This document shows positions 18,843 through 30,301 of a stretch of 64,000 nucleotides of DNA, piece after piece. Positions within the stretch are counted from its first letter, which is position 1. Each line of letters starts with the position of its first letter. The DNA is from Clostridia bacterium. GTDB taxonomy: Bacteria; Bacillota; Clostridia; UMGS1883; UMGS1540. Made by a program: the position numbers and the translations under genes. The notes beneath the pieces are model-generated. The model was not told the origin of the DNA, searched no databases, and saw nothing but the letters and a program-made list of their open reading frames with translations. Location: positions 32,001 through 96,000 of the forward strand of contig JAZSIR010000016.1 in the NCBI GenBank assembly GCA_045533905.1. Direction: 5' to 3'.

Positions 18843-21800
18843 ATGTTGGAGTTTAATACGTTTGATGCCATACAGATTGGACTGGCTTCACCGGAAAAGA
18901 TTCGTGAATGGTCAAGAGGGGAAGTTAAGAAGCCGGAAACAATCAACTATCGCACATTAAAGCCGGAGCGGGACGGTTTGTTCTGCGAGCGCATTTTCGG
19001 GCCTACAAAGGACTGGGAGTGCCACTGCGGCAAATATAAAAGAATTCGTTTCAAGGGCATCGTTTGCGACCGCTGCGGTGTTGAAGTTACCCGCGCCAAG
19101 GTTCGCCGTGAGAGAATGGGTCACATTGAACTCGCGGCGCCGGTAAGCCATATCTGGTACTTCAAGGGAAGCCCCAGCCGTCTGGCACTTATGCTGAACA
19201 TTTCCCCGAGCGAGGTGGAAAAGGTTCTGTACTTTGCCGCGTACATCGTAATTGATCCCGGCAAGGCACACGAAATCGAAAAGACACAGATTCTTACAGA
19301 AAAAGAATACAGAGAACTGCAGGAAAAATACGGCAACGTATTCCGTGCAGCCATGGGTGCAGAAGCCATTCGTGAGCTTCTCGCTGAAATCGACCTCGAA
19401 GAGCTTGCAAAAGAACTTCGTGAAGAGGTAGAGGAGTCCCAGGGGCAGAAAAAGATTCGTCTTATCAAGCGCCTTGAGGTTGTAGAAGCCTTCCGCGCAT
19501 CCGGTAACCGTCCGGAATGGATGATTCTCGAAGCGATTCCGGTTATTCCCCCGGAAATCCGTCCGCTTGTACAGCTTGACGGTGGTCGTTTTGCTACATC
19601 TGACCTTAATGACCTTTACCGTCGCGTTATTAACAGAAATAACCGTCTGAAGAGACTTCTCGATCTGAATGCGCCTGACATTATCGTGCGCAACGAAAAG
19701 AGAATGCTGCAGGAAGCAGTAGACGCTCTGATCGATAACGGACGCCGCGGAAGACCTGTAACAGGCCCCGGCAACCGTGCCTTAAAGTCCCTTTCTGATA
19801 TGCTTAAAGGTAAGCAGGGACGCTTCCGTCAGAACCTTCTCGGTAAGCGTGTTGACTACTCCGGCCGTTCCGTTATCGTTGTAGGTCCGGAACTTAAGAT
19901 TTATCAGTGCGGTCTGCCGAAAGAAATGGCACTTGAGCTCTTCAAACCGTTTGTAATGAAGAAGCTTGTAAACGGCGGCTATGCACATAATATCAAGAGC
20001 GCAAAGCGTATGGTAGAGCGCGTCCGTCCCGAGGTCTGGGATGTTCTCGAAGAGGTAATCCGTGAGCATCCGGTACTCTTAAACCGCGCACCTACCCTGC
20101 ATAGACTCGGTATCCAGGCTTTCGAACCCGTTTTAGTAGAAGGCCGTGCCTTAAAGCTCCATCCGCTCGTATGTTCCGCGTTCAACGCTGACTTTGACGG
20201 TGACCAGATGGCTGTGCACGTACCGCTTTCTCCCGAGGCGCAGAGCGAAGCAAGATTCCTTATGCTTTCTGCAAACAACCTCTTAAAGCCGCAGGACGGT
20301 AAGCCTGTAACCACCCCGACACAGGATATGGTTTTAGGTAGCTACTACCTCACGCTCGTAAAAGAAGATGAACCGGGTGCCGGCAAGGCATTTTCGAGCT
20401 TTGAAGAAGCAAAGCTTGCATATACCAACGGCGTTATCGGTCTCCACGCTCCGATTCGTGTTATGAACGAAAAGGAAATAGGCGGTGTTAAAAAACGTGC
20501 GCTTCTCGAAACTACAGTCGGCCGCATTATCTTCAACGAAGATATTCCGCAGGATTTAGGCTTTGTAGACCGCACAATCGAAGGCAACGAACTGAAACTC
20601 GAAGTCGAGTTCTTGGCCGGCAAGAGTGCACTCGGTAAGATTATTGATAAGTGCATTAAGGTACACGGCATTACGGAAACGGCAATCCTTCTGGATAAAA
20701 TCAAGGCAATGGGATATAAATATTCCACAAGAGGCGCTATCACCATCAGCGTTTCCGATATGAAGGTACCGGAAGAGAAGAAAGACATTCTCGCAAATGC
20801 TGAAGTTGCAGTTGATAAGATTGAAGCACAGTTCCGCCGCGGTATCTTAACGGACGAAGAACGCTATGCCGGTGTTATTAAAACATGGGAAGGCGCTGTT
20901 TCCGACGTTACAGATGCACTTATGAAGGGTCTCGACAAATACAACCCGATTTATATGATGGCTGACTCCGGTGCTCGCGGTAGCATCAACCAGATTCGTC
21001 AGCTCGTCGGTATGCGCGGTCTTATGGCTGATACCCAGGGTCGTACCATTGAGGTTCCGATTCGTGCAAACTTCCGCGAAGGTCTTAACATTTTGGAATA
21101 CTTCATTTCCACACACGGTGCCCGTAAGGGTCTTGCGGATACCGCTATCCGTACGGCTGACTCCGGTTACCTTACAAGACGTCTTGTTGACGTCAGCCAG
21201 GATGTTATCATCCGTGAGGACGACTGCGGCACACACGAAGGCATCACCGTTTCTGCGATTAAGGACGGCAATGCCGTTATCGAACCGCTTTACGAAAGAC
21301 TCGTTGGCCGTGTTCCCACCAAGGACGTTACAACGCCCGACGGGAAAACAGTACTTGCAAAAGAAGGCGAACTCATTTCCGAACAGACTGCACACGCTAT
21401 CGAAGAAGCAGGCATCTTGGAAGTTGAAATCCGAAGCGTATTGCATTGCCACTCCAAAATTGGTGTCTGTGCAAAGTGCTACGGCGCAAACCTTGCAAGC
21501 GGCAGCCACGTAAATGTCGGCGAAGCTGTTGGTATCATCGCGGCGCAGTCCATCGGTGAACCGGGTACACAGCTCACAATGAGAACGTTCCACACCGGCG
21601 GTGTTGCCGGCGGCGATATTACGCAGGGTCTCCCCCGTGTAGTTGAACTTTTTGAAGCCAGAACACCGAAGGGCCTTGCAGTTCTTTCGGAAAACGGCGG
21701 TACGGTACACATCGACGAAACAAAGAAAAAGCGTGAAATCACGATTACAGACGATAAAGAAGGGGAGAGCCGCACATACCTTATCACTTACGGCTCCAAG

Positions 21801-22391
21801 CTCCGCGTTAGTGAGGGCGATGTAGTCGCTCCGGGTACGCCGCTTACGGAAGGCTCCTTGAATCCCCACGATTTGCTCCGCATAAGCGGTGCTGCTGCGG
21901 TTCAGCAGTACATCATTCAGGAAGTACAGCGCGTATACCGCCAGCAGGGTGTTGATATTTCGGATAAGCATATCGAAGTTATCGTTCGTCAGATGATGAA
22001 GAAAGTTAAAATCACAGAACCCGGCGACAGCCCCATCCTTATGGGTACGCTGGAGGACAGATTGGTTATGGAAGAAATGTGCAAGACCGCAGAAGCGGAA
22101 GGTCGCGCAGTGCCGGAGTGCGAAGATATCCTCCTCGGTATCACCAAGGCATCGCTTGCAACCGACTCGTTCCTGTCGGCCGCATCCTTCCAGGAAACCA
22201 CCCGCGTTCTCACAGATGCTGCTATCAAGGGTAAGATTGATCCGCTCCTCGGTCTCAAGGAAAATGTTATCATCGGTAAGCTGATTCCGGCCGGTACCGG
22301 TATGGAAAAGTACAGAGACATTTCCGTAGAACCGAAGGAGGAAGCACAGGCATTTGACGGATTTGATGCAAATTATCTTGACATGCGGTAA
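18843..22391 (+). CDS. rpoC: RNA polymerase beta' subunit
   Basis: Zinc finger CERIFGP...C.CGKY, catalytic [19 protein letters not shown]. Confidence 0.99.
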   Translation: MLEFNTFDAIQIGLASPEKIREWSRGEVKKPETINYRTLKPERDGLFCERIFGPTKDWECHCGKYKRIRFKGIVCDRCGVEVTRAKVRRERMGHIELAAPVSHIWYFKGSPSRLALMLNISPSEVEKVLYFAAYIVIDPGKAHEIEKTQILTEKEYRELQEKYGNVFRAAMGAEAIRELLAEIDLEELAKELREEVEESQGQKKIRLIKRLEVVEAFRASGNRPEWMILEAIPVIPPEIRPLVQLDGGRFATSDLNDLYRRVINRNNRLKRLLDLNAPDIIVRNEKRMLQEAVDALIDNGRRGRPVTGPGNRALKSLSDMLKGKQGRFRQNLLGKRVDYSGRSVIVVGPELKIYQCGLPKEMALELFKPFVMKKLVNGGYAHNIKSAKRMVERVRPEVWDVLEEVIREHPVLLNRAPTLHRLGIQAFEPVLVEGRALKLHPLVCSAFNADFDGDQMAVHVPLSPEAQSEARFLMLSANNLLKPQDGKPVTTPTQDMVLGSYYLTLVKEDEPGAGKAFSSFEEAKLAYTNGVIGLHAPIRVMNEKEIGGVKKRALLETTVGRIIFNEDIPQDLGFVDRTIEGNELKLEVEFLAGKSALGKIIDKCIKVHGITETAILLDKIKAMGYKYSTRGAITISVSDMKVPEEKKDILANAEVAVDKIEAQFRRGILTDEERYAGVIKTWEGAVSDVTDALMKGLDKYNPIYMMADSGARGSINQIRQLVGMRGLMADTQGRTIEVPIRANFREGLNILEYFISTHGARKGLADTAIRTADSGYLTRRLVDVSQDVIIREDDCGTHEGITVSAIKDGNAVIEPLYERLVGRVPTKDVTTPDGKTVLAKEGELISEQTAHAIEEAGILEVEIRSVLHCHSKIGVCAKCYGANLASGSHVNVGEAVGIIAAQSIGEPGTQLTMRTFHTGGVAGGDITQGLPRVVELFEARTPKGLAVLSENGGTVHIDETKKKREITITDDKEGESRTYLITYGSKLRVSEGDVVAPGTPLTEGSLNPHDLLRISGAAAVQQYIIQEVQRVYRQQGVDISDKHIEVIVRQMMKKVKITEPGDSPILMGTLEDRLVMEEMCKTAEAEGRAVPECEDILLGITKASLATDSFLSAASFQETTRVLTDAAIKGKIDPLLGLKENVIIGKLIPAGTGMEKYRDISVEPKEEAQAFDGFDANYLDMR

Positions 22392-22406
22392 ATAATGTGA
22401 TATAAT
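22378..22406 (+). promoter_or_regulatory. Sigma-A promoter of the str operon
   Basis: TTGACA-17 bp-TATAAT exact consensus overlapping the end of rpoC. Confidence 0.85.
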
Positions 22407-22472
22407 CCACTATTGTGTGGGCAAAACCACAGTTTACCGTGCAGGTGTTTTTGACATCGGCAGAGGAGAACT

Positions 22473-22712
22473 ATGTTAGAAGAGCTGAAAACAGACAAAA
22501 AAATTGTCGGTTTCAAACAATCTTTAAAAGCGGTACGGGCCGGTGAAGTAAAAAAAGCATTTGTGTCTATGGATGCGGATGTACACGTAACAACGCCGTT
22601 CGTAAGTGCCTGTCAGGCACAGAATGTACCGCTGGAATACTGCGAAAGCTGCAAAGTCCTTGGGGATGCCTGCGGAATTGATGTGGGCGCGGCTGTGGCA
22701 GTACTTCTGTAA
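22473..22712 (+). CDS. Ribosomal L7Ae/L30e-family protein (YbxF-like)
   Basis: 79 aa, VGFKQSLKAV...LGDACGIDVGAA; canonical position before rpsL. Confidence 0.9.
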   Translation: MLEELKTDKKIVGFKQSLKAVRAGEVKKAFVSMDADVHVTTPFVSACQAQNVPLEYCESCKVLGDACGIDVGAAVAVLL

Positions 22713-22813
22713 TAAGTATGTACGGGCGGTAGAGGATTCTACCGCCACTACCCGTGCTATGATGCGGCAAAAAAGCCGTCTATTATAGAAATTATAGGTA
22801 AGGGGGTGCAATG

Positions 22814-23227
22814 ATGCCAACATTTAACCAGTTAGTCCGTAAGGGCAGAGAAACCAGCGTTACCAAGTCGACAGCGCCGGCACTTTTGAAGGGTTTGAAC
22901 TCTCTGAAGAAGGAACTTACCGATCAGAATTCCCCGCAGAAGCGTGGCGTATGCACAGCTGTAAAGACAATGACGCCGAAAAAGCCGAACTCCGCACTTC
23001 GTAAAATTGCAAGAGTACGTCTTTCGAACGGAATTGAAGTTACTTCTTACATTCCGGGCGAAGGTCACAACCTGCAGGAGCATAGCGTTGTTCTGATTCG
23101 CGGCGGCAGAGTTAAGGACCTCCCTGGTGTGCGTTATCACATCATCAGAGGTACTCTGGATACAGCAGGCGTTGCAAAGCGCGAGCAGTCGAGAAGTAAG
23201 TATGGCGCTAAGAGACCCAAGAAGTAA
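22814..23227 (+). CDS. rpsL: 30S ribosomal protein S12
   Basis: [33 protein letters not shown]. Confidence 0.99.
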   Translation: MPTFNQLVRKGRETSVTKSTAPALLKGLNSLKKELTDQNSPQKRGVCTAVKTMTPKKPNSALRKIARVRLSNGIEVTSYIPGEGHNLQEHSVVLIRGGRVKDLPGVRYHIIRGTLDTAGVAKREQSRSKYGAKRPKK

Positions 23228-23386
23228 TACCGCCGGAAGTGCGAAGAAAGGGACAGGATACCCTTTCGCGTGCGATGCGGTTTTTTCGGTGGCGAAAGTC
23301 ACTGTATAAATAACGCGTTGCACTGACAAAGCAAAGCTTTGAGTACCTGTGAATTCATAAATAATTTAATGAAGGAGGGAAGTAAA

Positions 23387-23857
23387 GTGCCGAGAAGAGG
23401 ATTTATTGCAAAAAGAGATGTTTTGCCGGACCCGCTTTACGGAGACAAGATCGTAACACGTCTTATCAACAACATTATGCTTGACGGTAAGAAGGGTGTT
23501 GCACAGAAGATCGTATATGATGCTTTCGATATTATTCGTGAAAAGACCGGCAAGGAGCCTGTAGAAGTTTTCTTGCAGGCTATGGAGAACATTATGCCTG
23601 TTCTGGAGGTAAAGGCACGCCGTGTTGGTGGTGCTACTTATCAGGTACCGATTGAGGTACGTCCGGAAAGACGTCAGACCCTGGGTCTGCGCTGGCTGAC
23701 AACCTACTCCCGCGCAAGAAGTGAAAGAACTATGCGCGAACGTCTTGCAAACGAAATTTTGGATGCTATCAACAATATGGGTGCCTCTGTTAAGAAGCGT
23801 GAAGATACCCACAAGATGGCAGAAGCCAACAAGGCATTCGCACATTACAGATGGTAG
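23387..23857 (+). CDS. rpsG: 30S ribosomal protein S7
   Basis: GTG start after AAGGAGG; PRRG...[11 protein letters not shown]...[15 protein letters not shown]. Confidence 0.99.
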   Translation: MPRRGFIAKRDVLPDPLYGDKIVTRLINNIMLDGKKGVAQKIVYDAFDIIREKTGKEPVEVFLQAMENIMPVLEVKARRVGGATYQVPIEVRPERRQTLGLRWLTTYSRARSERTMRERLANEILDAINNMGASVKKREDTHKMAEANKAFAHYRW

Positions 23858-23914
23858 GATTCACCTTACCAATCTGCTTTTTCACAAGAGATTTGACGAG
23901 AGGAGGAATATTGC

Positions 23915-25990
23915 TTGGCCAGAGAATTTTCGCTTGAAAATACAAGAAATATCGGCATCATGGCACACATTGACGCCGGTAAGACTACTACTACAGAACG
24001 TATTCTGTTCTACACAGGCCGTGTGCATAAGATAGGTGAAACCCATGAGGGTTCGGCTACTATGGACTGGATGGAACAGGAACAGGAGCGTGGTATTACC
24101 ATCACCTCCGCTGCTACAACTGCACAGTGGAAGGGCACCCGTATCAACATCATTGATACCCCGGGCCACGTTGACTTCACGGTTGAGGTTGAGCGTTCCC
24201 TTCGCGTACTGGACGGTTCTGTTACCGTATTCTGCGCTAAGGGCGGCGTTGAACCGCAGTCTGAAAACGTTTGGAGACAGGCTGATAAATACAGAGTTCC
24301 CAGAATGGCTTATGTAAATAAGATGGACATTATGGGTGCTGACTTTTACAATGTTGTCCAGATGATGAAGGACCGTCTGCAGTGTAATGCAGTTCCGATT
24401 CAGCTCCCGATTGGTGCTGAAGATACTTTCAAAGGCCTCATTGACCTCGTAGAAATGAAGGCATTTGTGTACTATGATGACCTTGGCAAGGATGAACGCA
24501 TCGAAGATATTCCTGCGGACATGGCCGAAAAGGCAGAGGAGTACCGTGCAGCTCTTATCGAAGCTGTTGCAGAACAGGACGAAGAGCTCATGATGAAGTA
24601 TCTCGAAGGCGAAGAGCTGACCGTAGATGAAATCAAAGCTACAATCAGAAAAGCTACTATCGCAAACGAAATGGTTCCCGTACTTTGCGGTACATCCTAC
24701 AGAAATAAGGGTGTACAGAACCTTTTGGACGCAGTAGTTGCTTACATGCCCGCGCCGACGGACATTCCCCCGATTCAGGGTATTGTTCCGCGCACAGAGG
24801 AAGAAACCGAACGTCGCGCAAGCGACTCGGAGCCGTTCTCTGCTTTGGCATTTAAGATTATGACTGACCCGTTTGTAGGTAAGCTTTGCTTCTTCAGAGT
24901 TTACTCCGGTACCCTCAATAAGGGCTCCGCTGTATACAACTCCACGAAGGACAAGACCGAAAGAGTTGGCCGTATTCTCCAGATGCACGCAAATGACAGA
25001 CAGGATATCGATATCGTATACTCCGGCGACATTGCCGCAGCCGTTGGTCTTAAGAACACCGGCACAGGCGACACGCTTTGTGACGAATCGAACCCCGTAA
25101 TCCTGGAATCTATGGAATTCCCGGAACCGGTTATCCGCGTTGCTATCGAGCCGAAGACAAAGGCCGGTCAGGAAAAGATGGGTATTGCGCTTGCTAAGCT
25201 TGCTGAAGAAGACCCGACATTCCGTGCATATACAGACGAAGAAACAGGCCAGACCATTATCGCCGGTATGGGCGAGCTGCATCTGGAAATCATTGTTGAC
25301 CGTCTCCTGCGCGAATTCAAGGTAGAAGCAAACGTAGGTAAGCCGCAGGTATCCTACAAAGAAGCAATCCGTAAGCCTGTTCGTGTGGACCACAAGTATG
25401 CACGTCAGTCCGGTGGTAAGGGTCAGTACGGTCACTGCGTACTGGAAATCGAGCCGATGGAAGCAGGCACCGGTTACGAATTTGTTAACAAGATTGTTGG
25501 TGGTGCAATTCCGAAGGAATACATCCCCGCTGTTGATGCCGGTATTCAGAGCGCTATGCAGAATGGTGTTCTGGCAGGCTACAACGTTGTGGACGTTCGC
25601 GTAACACTTGTTGACGGTTCTTACCACGAGGTTGACTCTTCTGAAATGGCATTTAAGATTGCCGGTTCTATGGCATTCAAAGATGGTTGCCGCAAGGGCG
25701 ATCCGGTTCTCAAAGAACCCATCATGCAGGTTGACGTTATCGTACCGGAAGAATACATGGGTGATGTTATGGGTGACCTTAACTCTCGCCGTGGTCAGAT
25801 TCAGGGTATGGAAGCAAGACCGGGTGCACAGGCCATCGCTGCATTTGTGCCGCTGAGCGAAATGTTCGGTTACGCTACCGACCTTCGTTCCAAAACACAG
25901 GGCCGCGGTCAGTACACCATGCAGCCCAGCCACTATGAAGAAGTTCCGAAGAGCATTATGGAAGCAATCATAGCCGGCAAACAGAAATAA
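23915..25990 (+). CDS. fusA: Elongation factor G
   Basis: [24 protein letters not shown]; TTG start after GAGGAGG. Confidence 0.99.
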   Translation: MAREFSLENTRNIGIMAHIDAGKTTTTERILFYTGRVHKIGETHEGSATMDWMEQEQERGITITSAATTAQWKGTRINIIDTPGHVDFTVEVERSLRVLDGSVTVFCAKGGVEPQSENVWRQADKYRVPRMAYVNKMDIMGADFYNVVQMMKDRLQCNAVPIQLPIGAEDTFKGLIDLVEMKAFVYYDDLGKDERIEDIPADMAEKAEEYRAALIEAVAEQDEELMMKYLEGEELTVDEIKATIRKATIANEMVPVLCGTSYRNKGVQNLLDAVVAYMPAPTDIPPIQGIVPRTEEETERRASDSEPFSALAFKIMTDPFVGKLCFFRVYSGTLNKGSAVYNSTKDKTERVGRILQMHANDRQDIDIVYSGDIAAAVGLKNTGTGDTLCDESNPVILESMEFPEPVIRVAIEPKTKAGQEKMGIALAKLAEEDPTFRAYTDEETGQTIIAGMGELHLEIIVDRLLREFKVEANVGKPQVSYKEAIRKPVRVDHKYARQSGGKGQYGHCVLEIEPMEAGTGYEFVNKIVGGAIPKEYIPAVDAGIQSAMQNGVLAGYNVVDVRVTLVDGSYHEVDSSEMAFKIAGSMAFKDGCRKGDPVLKEPIMQVDVIVPEEYMGDVMGDLNSRRGQIQGMEARPGAQAIAAFVPLSEMFGYATDLRSKTQGRGQYTMQPSHYEEVPKSIMEAIIAGKQK

Positions 25991-26085
25991 ATCGCAGTTT
26001 TTCTAAAAAATACTTGATTTTTTCGTGATTTTATAGTATTATAGCTATAAGCGACAAAAAAGTTAATTAAAGGAGGATTTTCCAA

Positions 26086-27288
26086 ATGGCAAAGGAAAAA
26101 TTTGAAAGAAGTAAACCCCATGTAAACATTGGTACCATTGGTCACGTTGACCACGGCAAGACATCCTTGACCGCTGCTATCACAAAGGTTCTTGCTTTCC
26201 AGGGCAAGGCTCAGTACGAAGCATACGACATGATCGATAAGGCTCCGGAAGAAAGAGAAAGAGGTATTACCATTTCCACAGCTCACGTAGAGTACGAAAC
26301 TGACAACCGTCACTACGCTCACGTTGACTGCCCGGGCCACGCTGACTATGTTAAGAACATGATCACCGGTGCTGCTCAGATGGACGGCGCTATCCTCGTT
26401 GTTTCCGCTGCAGACGGCCCGATGCCCCAGACAAGAGAACACATCCTTCTCTCCCGTCAGGTAGGCGTTCCCTACATCGTAGTATTCCTCAACAAGAAGG
26501 ACCAGGTTGACGATCCGGAACTTCTTGAACTGGTTGAAATGGAAATTCGCGAACTCCTCAACGAGTACGAATTCCCGGGCGACGATATTCCGATCGTTGC
26601 AGGTTCCGCTCTCCAGGCTCTCGAATGCGATTCCAACGATGTAAGCGCTCCGGAATACGCTCCGATCCTCGAACTCATGGAAGCTGTTGACAGCTACATT
26701 CCGACTCCGGAAAGAAAGACAGACCTTCCGTTCCTTATGCCGGTTGAAGACGTATTCTCCATCACAGGCCGTGGTACAGTTGCTACAGGCCGTGTAGAGA
26801 GAGGTGCTCTTAAGGTTTCCGACGAAGTTGAAATCGTTGGTCTTACCGACGAAGCTCGCAAGGTTGTTGTTACCGGTATCGAAATGTTCCGCAAGCTCCT
26901 CGATCAGGCAGAAGCTGGCGATAACATCGGTGCTCTTCTCCGCGGTGTTCAGAGAAACGAAATCGAACGCGGCCAGGTTCTTGCAAAGCCGGGTTCCATC
27001 AATCCGCACACTGCATTCAAGGGCGAAGTTTACGTTCTGACCAAGGATGAAGGCGGCCGTCACACACCGTTCTTCAACAACTACAGACCGCAGTTCTACT
27101 TCAGAACAACTGACGTTACAGGTGTTGTTCAGCTGCCGGAAGGCGTTGAAATGTGCATGCCTGGCGATAACGTATCCATCTCCGTTGAGCTGATCACTCC
27201 GATCGCTATCGAAGAAGGTCTCCGCTTCGCTATCCGCGAAGGTGGCAGAACAGTTGGTTCCGGTGTTGTAAGCGCAATCAACAAATAA
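26086..27288 (+). CDS. tuf: Elongation factor Tu
   Basis: [29 protein letters not shown]; possible own promoter TTGATT-17-TATTAT at 26014-26042. Confidence 0.99.
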   Translation: MAKEKFERSKPHVNIGTIGHVDHGKTSLTAAITKVLAFQGKAQYEAYDMIDKAPEERERGITISTAHVEYETDNRHYAHVDCPGHADYVKNMITGAAQMDGAILVVSAADGPMPQTREHILLSRQVGVPYIVVFLNKKDQVDDPELLELVEMEIRELLNEYEFPGDDIPIVAGSALQALECDSNDVSAPEYAPILELMEAVDSYIPTPERKTDLPFLMPVEDVFSITGRGTVATGRVERGALKVSDEVEIVGLTDEARKVVVTGIEMFRKLLDQAEAGDNIGALLRGVQRNEIERGQVLAKPGSINPHTAFKGEVYVLTKDEGGRHTPFFNNYRPQFYFRTTDVTGVVQLPEGVEMCMPGDNVSISVELITPIAIEEGLRFAIREGGRTVGSGVVSAINK

Positions 27289-27299
27289 GACATCTTTCC

Positions 27300-27329
27300 A
27301 AAGGGCTGCCCTATGGCAGCCCTTTGTTG
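27300..27329 (+). terminator. Intrinsic terminator after tuf
   Basis: CAAAGGGCTGCC-CTAT-GGCAGCCCTTTG. Confidence 0.8.
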
Positions 27330-27361
27330 CTCTTTAGAAAAATGCAGGAGGGTGGATACAC

Positions 27362-27832
27362 TTGGAAAGAAGAGATAAATACAATTACTACTTGGATATT
27401 GCAGAAACCGTTATCGGCCGCGGCACATGCCTGCGCCGAAACTACGGTGCTATTATCGTAAAGAATGATGAAATCATCTCGAGCGGCTATACCGGCGCGC
27501 CGCGCGGTCGCCAAAATTGTATTGACCGTGGCACTTGTCGCAGGGAGGAGCTTTCCATCCCGAGCGGTCAGCGCTATGAGCTTTGCCGCAGTGTACATGC
27601 GGAAGCAAACGCCATAATAAGCGCATCCCGCCGCGATATGATCGGCGCGGTTTTGTACCTCGCCGGAAAAGATGCAAAAACGGGCGAACTTGTTGAAAAT
27701 GCTACTTCCTGCGCCATGTGCCGCCGCATGATTATCAATGCCGGTATTGAGCTTGTGGTGGTACGGCAGACAAAAGATAAGTACGAAATTGTAAACGTGC
27801 AGGACTGGGTGACGAATGACGAGTCCCTGTAA
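27362..27832 (+). CDS. dCMP deaminase-family protein (ComEB-like)
   Basis: HAEANA and CAMC zinc motifs; TTG start after GGAGG. Confidence 0.88.
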   Translation: MERRDKYNYYLDIAETVIGRGTCLRRNYGAIIVKNDEIISSGYTGAPRGRQNCIDRGTCRREELSIPSGQRYELCRSVHAEANAIISASRRDMIGAVLYLAGKDAKTGELVENATSCAMCRRMIINAGIELVVVRQTKDKYEIVNVQDWVTNDESL

Positions 27833-27856
27833 CCTGTACGAATTTTCAAAAAAAGC

Positions 27857-27885
27857 TTGACTTTATCATGATAAAGTGCTACTAT
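27857..27885 (+). promoter_or_regulatory. Sigma-A promoter with a perfect 18-bp palindrome in the spacer
   Basis: TTGACT-17 bp-TACTAT; ACTTTATCATGATAAAGT at 27860-27877 is its own reverse complement. Confidence 0.7.
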
Positions 27886-27912
27886 AAAGAAGCACAATAA
27901 AGTAAAGGAGTA

Positions 27913-28746
27913 ATGAAAATGAAAAAATGGATTGCACTCGCACTTGCCCTTTGTGTAGTATTCACATTTGCGGCATGCACAAAAACAGACGTAGAAACCC
28001 CGGCTCCCTCCGCACCGGTAGCTGAAGATGCTTCCTGGGATTACATCCAGGCAAACGGAAAGCTGATTGTCGGTCTTGACGACACATTTGCTCCCATGGG
28101 CTTCCGCACAGAAGATGGTGAACTCGTTGGCTTTGATATCGACCTTGCAAATGCAGTTGGCGAAGAGCTCGGCGTTGCAGTAGAATTCAAGCCCATCGTT
28201 TGGGATGCTAAGGAAATGGAACTCGACGGCAAGAAGATTGACGTTATCTGGAACGGTATGAGCAAAACACCGGAACGCGTTGAAAAGATGAATCTTTCCA
28301 AAGCGTACTTCAATAACTCTATCGTTATTATGACAATGGCAGATAAGCCCATCGACAAGAAGGCAGACCTCGCCGGCAAGAACATCGGCACACAGGCCGC
28401 TTCTGCTGCTCTTGAAATGATTCAGGCTGACGCCATTTACGGTGACATTGCTGACGGTCTTGCAGAATATGATACCTATGATGAAGCTGTTATGGACCTT
28501 GAAGCAGGCAGACTTGATGCCGTTATCATCGACAAGGTTGCCGGTATGTACAAGGCAAACCTCAAAGCTGGTACTTTCGCATTCGCAAGTGAAGACTTCG
28601 GCGAAGACCTTTATGTAATCGGTATGCGCAAGGGCGAAGATGCTCTTACCGCAAAAATTGATGCCGCCCTCGATGCAGTAATTGCAAACGGCAAGGCAAG
28701 CGAAATCTCCACCGAATGGTTTGGTGAGGACTTAGTTCTTCGATAA
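27913..28746 (+). CDS. Polar amino-acid ABC transporter substrate-binding lipoprotein
   Basis: Lipobox FAAC, VGLDDTFAPMGF, GFDIDLA, family-3 SBP features. Confidence 0.92.
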   Translation: MKMKKWIALALALCVVFTFAACTKTDVETPAPSAPVAEDASWDYIQANGKLIVGLDDTFAPMGFRTEDGELVGFDIDLANAVGEELGVAVEFKPIVWDAKEMELDGKKIDVIWNGMSKTPERVEKMNLSKAYFNNSIVIMTMADKPIDKKADLAGKNIGTQAASAALEMIQADAIYGDIADGLAEYDTYDEAVMDLEAGRLDAVIIDKVAGMYKANLKAGTFAFASEDFGEDLYVIGMRKGEDALTAKIDAALDAVIANGKASEISTEWFGEDLVLR

Positions 28747-28841
28747 ACAAAAGCGAGAGAAGGGCTGGTCGCAGAGATGCGGTCAGCCCTCTTTACTGAA
28801 AAGAAAAGGAGACGTACGCGTTTTCGGAAAAGGATTATAGA

Positions 28842-29537
28842 ATGGATTTTATTGCTGAAAACTGGGCCAATGTGGTAGAATGGTTTACATATTCGGGCAG
28901 AATTTTGCCGGCACTTTTGCGCGGTGGACGGATTACACTTTTAGTCTTTACGCTTACGCTTGTGCTGTCGCTTCCGCTCGGTCTTATTTTTGGGCTTATG
29001 CGCATTTCGAAAGTGGCACCGCTTCGGTGGTTCTCGTCGGCGTACATCTGGGTACTTCGCGGAACGCCTCTTTTGTTGCAGCTTTATTTTGTATATTACG
29101 GCCTTCCCAATATGGGTATTACCTTCAATGGCGTAACGGCGGCCGTTGTTGCCTTTACGCTGAATTATGCCGCATATTTTGCAGAAATTTACCGCGGCGG
29201 CATCGAATCGATTGACCGCGGCCAGTATGAGGCCGCAAAGGCACTCGGCTTTACAAGCAGTCAGACGATGCGGAAGATTATTATTCCGCAGACCTTAAGC
29301 CGCATCATTCCGCCCATTACAAATGAAACCATCACGCTCGTAAAAGATACGGCCCTTATTACCGCGATTAGCGTTTCGGAATTACTTCGTGCTGCCAAAG
29401 GCGCCGTAAACCGCGACCTCGATACCACGGCATTTTTGCTTGCGGCCCTTTTATATCTGTTCTTTACATTGATTCTGACCGTACTGTTCAAATCTACGGA
29501 AAAACGGTGCTCGCGTCACTTGAGGAGGGATAACTGA
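28842..29537 (+). CDS. Amino-acid ABC transporter permease
   Basis: RGTPLLLQL, AEIYRGGI..IDRGQYEAAKALG (EAA motif), LVKDTAL. Confidence 0.93.
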   Translation: MDFIAENWANVVEWFTYSGRILPALLRGGRITLLVFTLTLVLSLPLGLIFGLMRISKVAPLRWFSSAYIWVLRGTPLLLQLYFVYYGLPNMGITFNGVTAAVVAFTLNYAAYFAEIYRGGIESIDRGQYEAAKALGFTSSQTMRKIIIPQTLSRIIPPITNETITLVKDTALITAISVSELLRAAKGAVNRDLDTTAFLLAALLYLFFTLILTVLFKSTEKRCSRHLRRDN

Positions 29538-30298
29538 TGGCTATTTTGGAAGTAGAAGGTCTCAAAAAGAATTTCGGTAGCCTGAAAGTTTTAAAGGGCA
29601 TTGACTTCAAAACAGAAAAAGGACAGGTCACAGCCATTTTAGGTCCTTCCGGCAGCGGCAAGAGCACATTTATCCGTTGCCTTAACCGTCTTGAAAAAAT
29701 ATCTGCCGGTACCATTCGTATTGACGGCGAAACGCTTGCGGAAACGGTGGATGATAAAGTTATCTATGTACCGGAAAAGGAAGCGAGACGTATTTGCGGC
29801 AAAACGGGGATGGTGTTTCAAAACTTTAACCTGTTTCCGCATATGACGGTGCTCGATAATATCACCGCGGCACCGATTACCGTGCAAAAGCGCGATGCGG
29901 AAGAAGTAAGAGAGACGGCTATTTCGCTTCTCAGCCGCGTGGGCCTTTCTGAAAAGGCAAATCAGTATCCTTCTGCACTGTCCGGCGGGCAGCAGCAGCG
30001 CGTGGCGATTGCCCGTGCCCTTGCCTTAAAACCGGAGATTCTTTTCTTCGATGAGCCTACAAGCGCACTTGACCCCGAGCTTACGGGGGAAGTACTGCAT
30101 GTTATCCGTGACCTTGCCGCCGAGCATATGACGATGCTGATTGTAACGCACGAAATTGAATTTGCGCTCGGTGTTGCCGATCACGTTGTTTTTATGGACG
30201 GTGGCTACATCGTGGAAGAAGGCACGGCGGACGCACTGATCAATCATCCGCAGAACGAGCGCACGAGAGCGTTTTTAAATCGAATGAATGAGGTGTAA
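29537..30298 (+). CDS. Amino-acid ABC transporter ATP-binding protein (GlnQ-like)
   Basis: GPSGSGKST, FNLFPHMT, LSGGQQQR, FDEPTSALDPE. Confidence 0.94.
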   Translation: MAILEVEGLKKNFGSLKVLKGIDFKTEKGQVTAILGPSGSGKSTFIRCLNRLEKISAGTIRIDGETLAETVDDKVIYVPEKEARRICGKTGMVFQNFNLFPHMTVLDNITAAPITVQKRDAEEVRETAISLLSRVGLSEKANQYPSALSGGQQQRVAIARALALKPEILFFDEPTSALDPELTGEVLHVIRDLAAEHMTMLIVTHEIEFALGVADHVVFMDGGYIVEEGTADALINHPQNERTRAFLNRMNEV

Positions 30299-30301
30299 AC
30301 T

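Noticed and set aside
23882-25933. 683-aa minus-strand ORF opposite fusA (similar ones opposite tuf, rpoB, rpoC, the SBP gene)
   Set aside because: In-register shadow ORFs produced by biased codon usage of highly expressed genes; no RBS or domain signal.
28760-28792. Hairpin between the amino-acid SBP and permease genes
   Set aside because: Typical stabilising or partial-termination stem that raises SBP stoichiometry in ABC operons.
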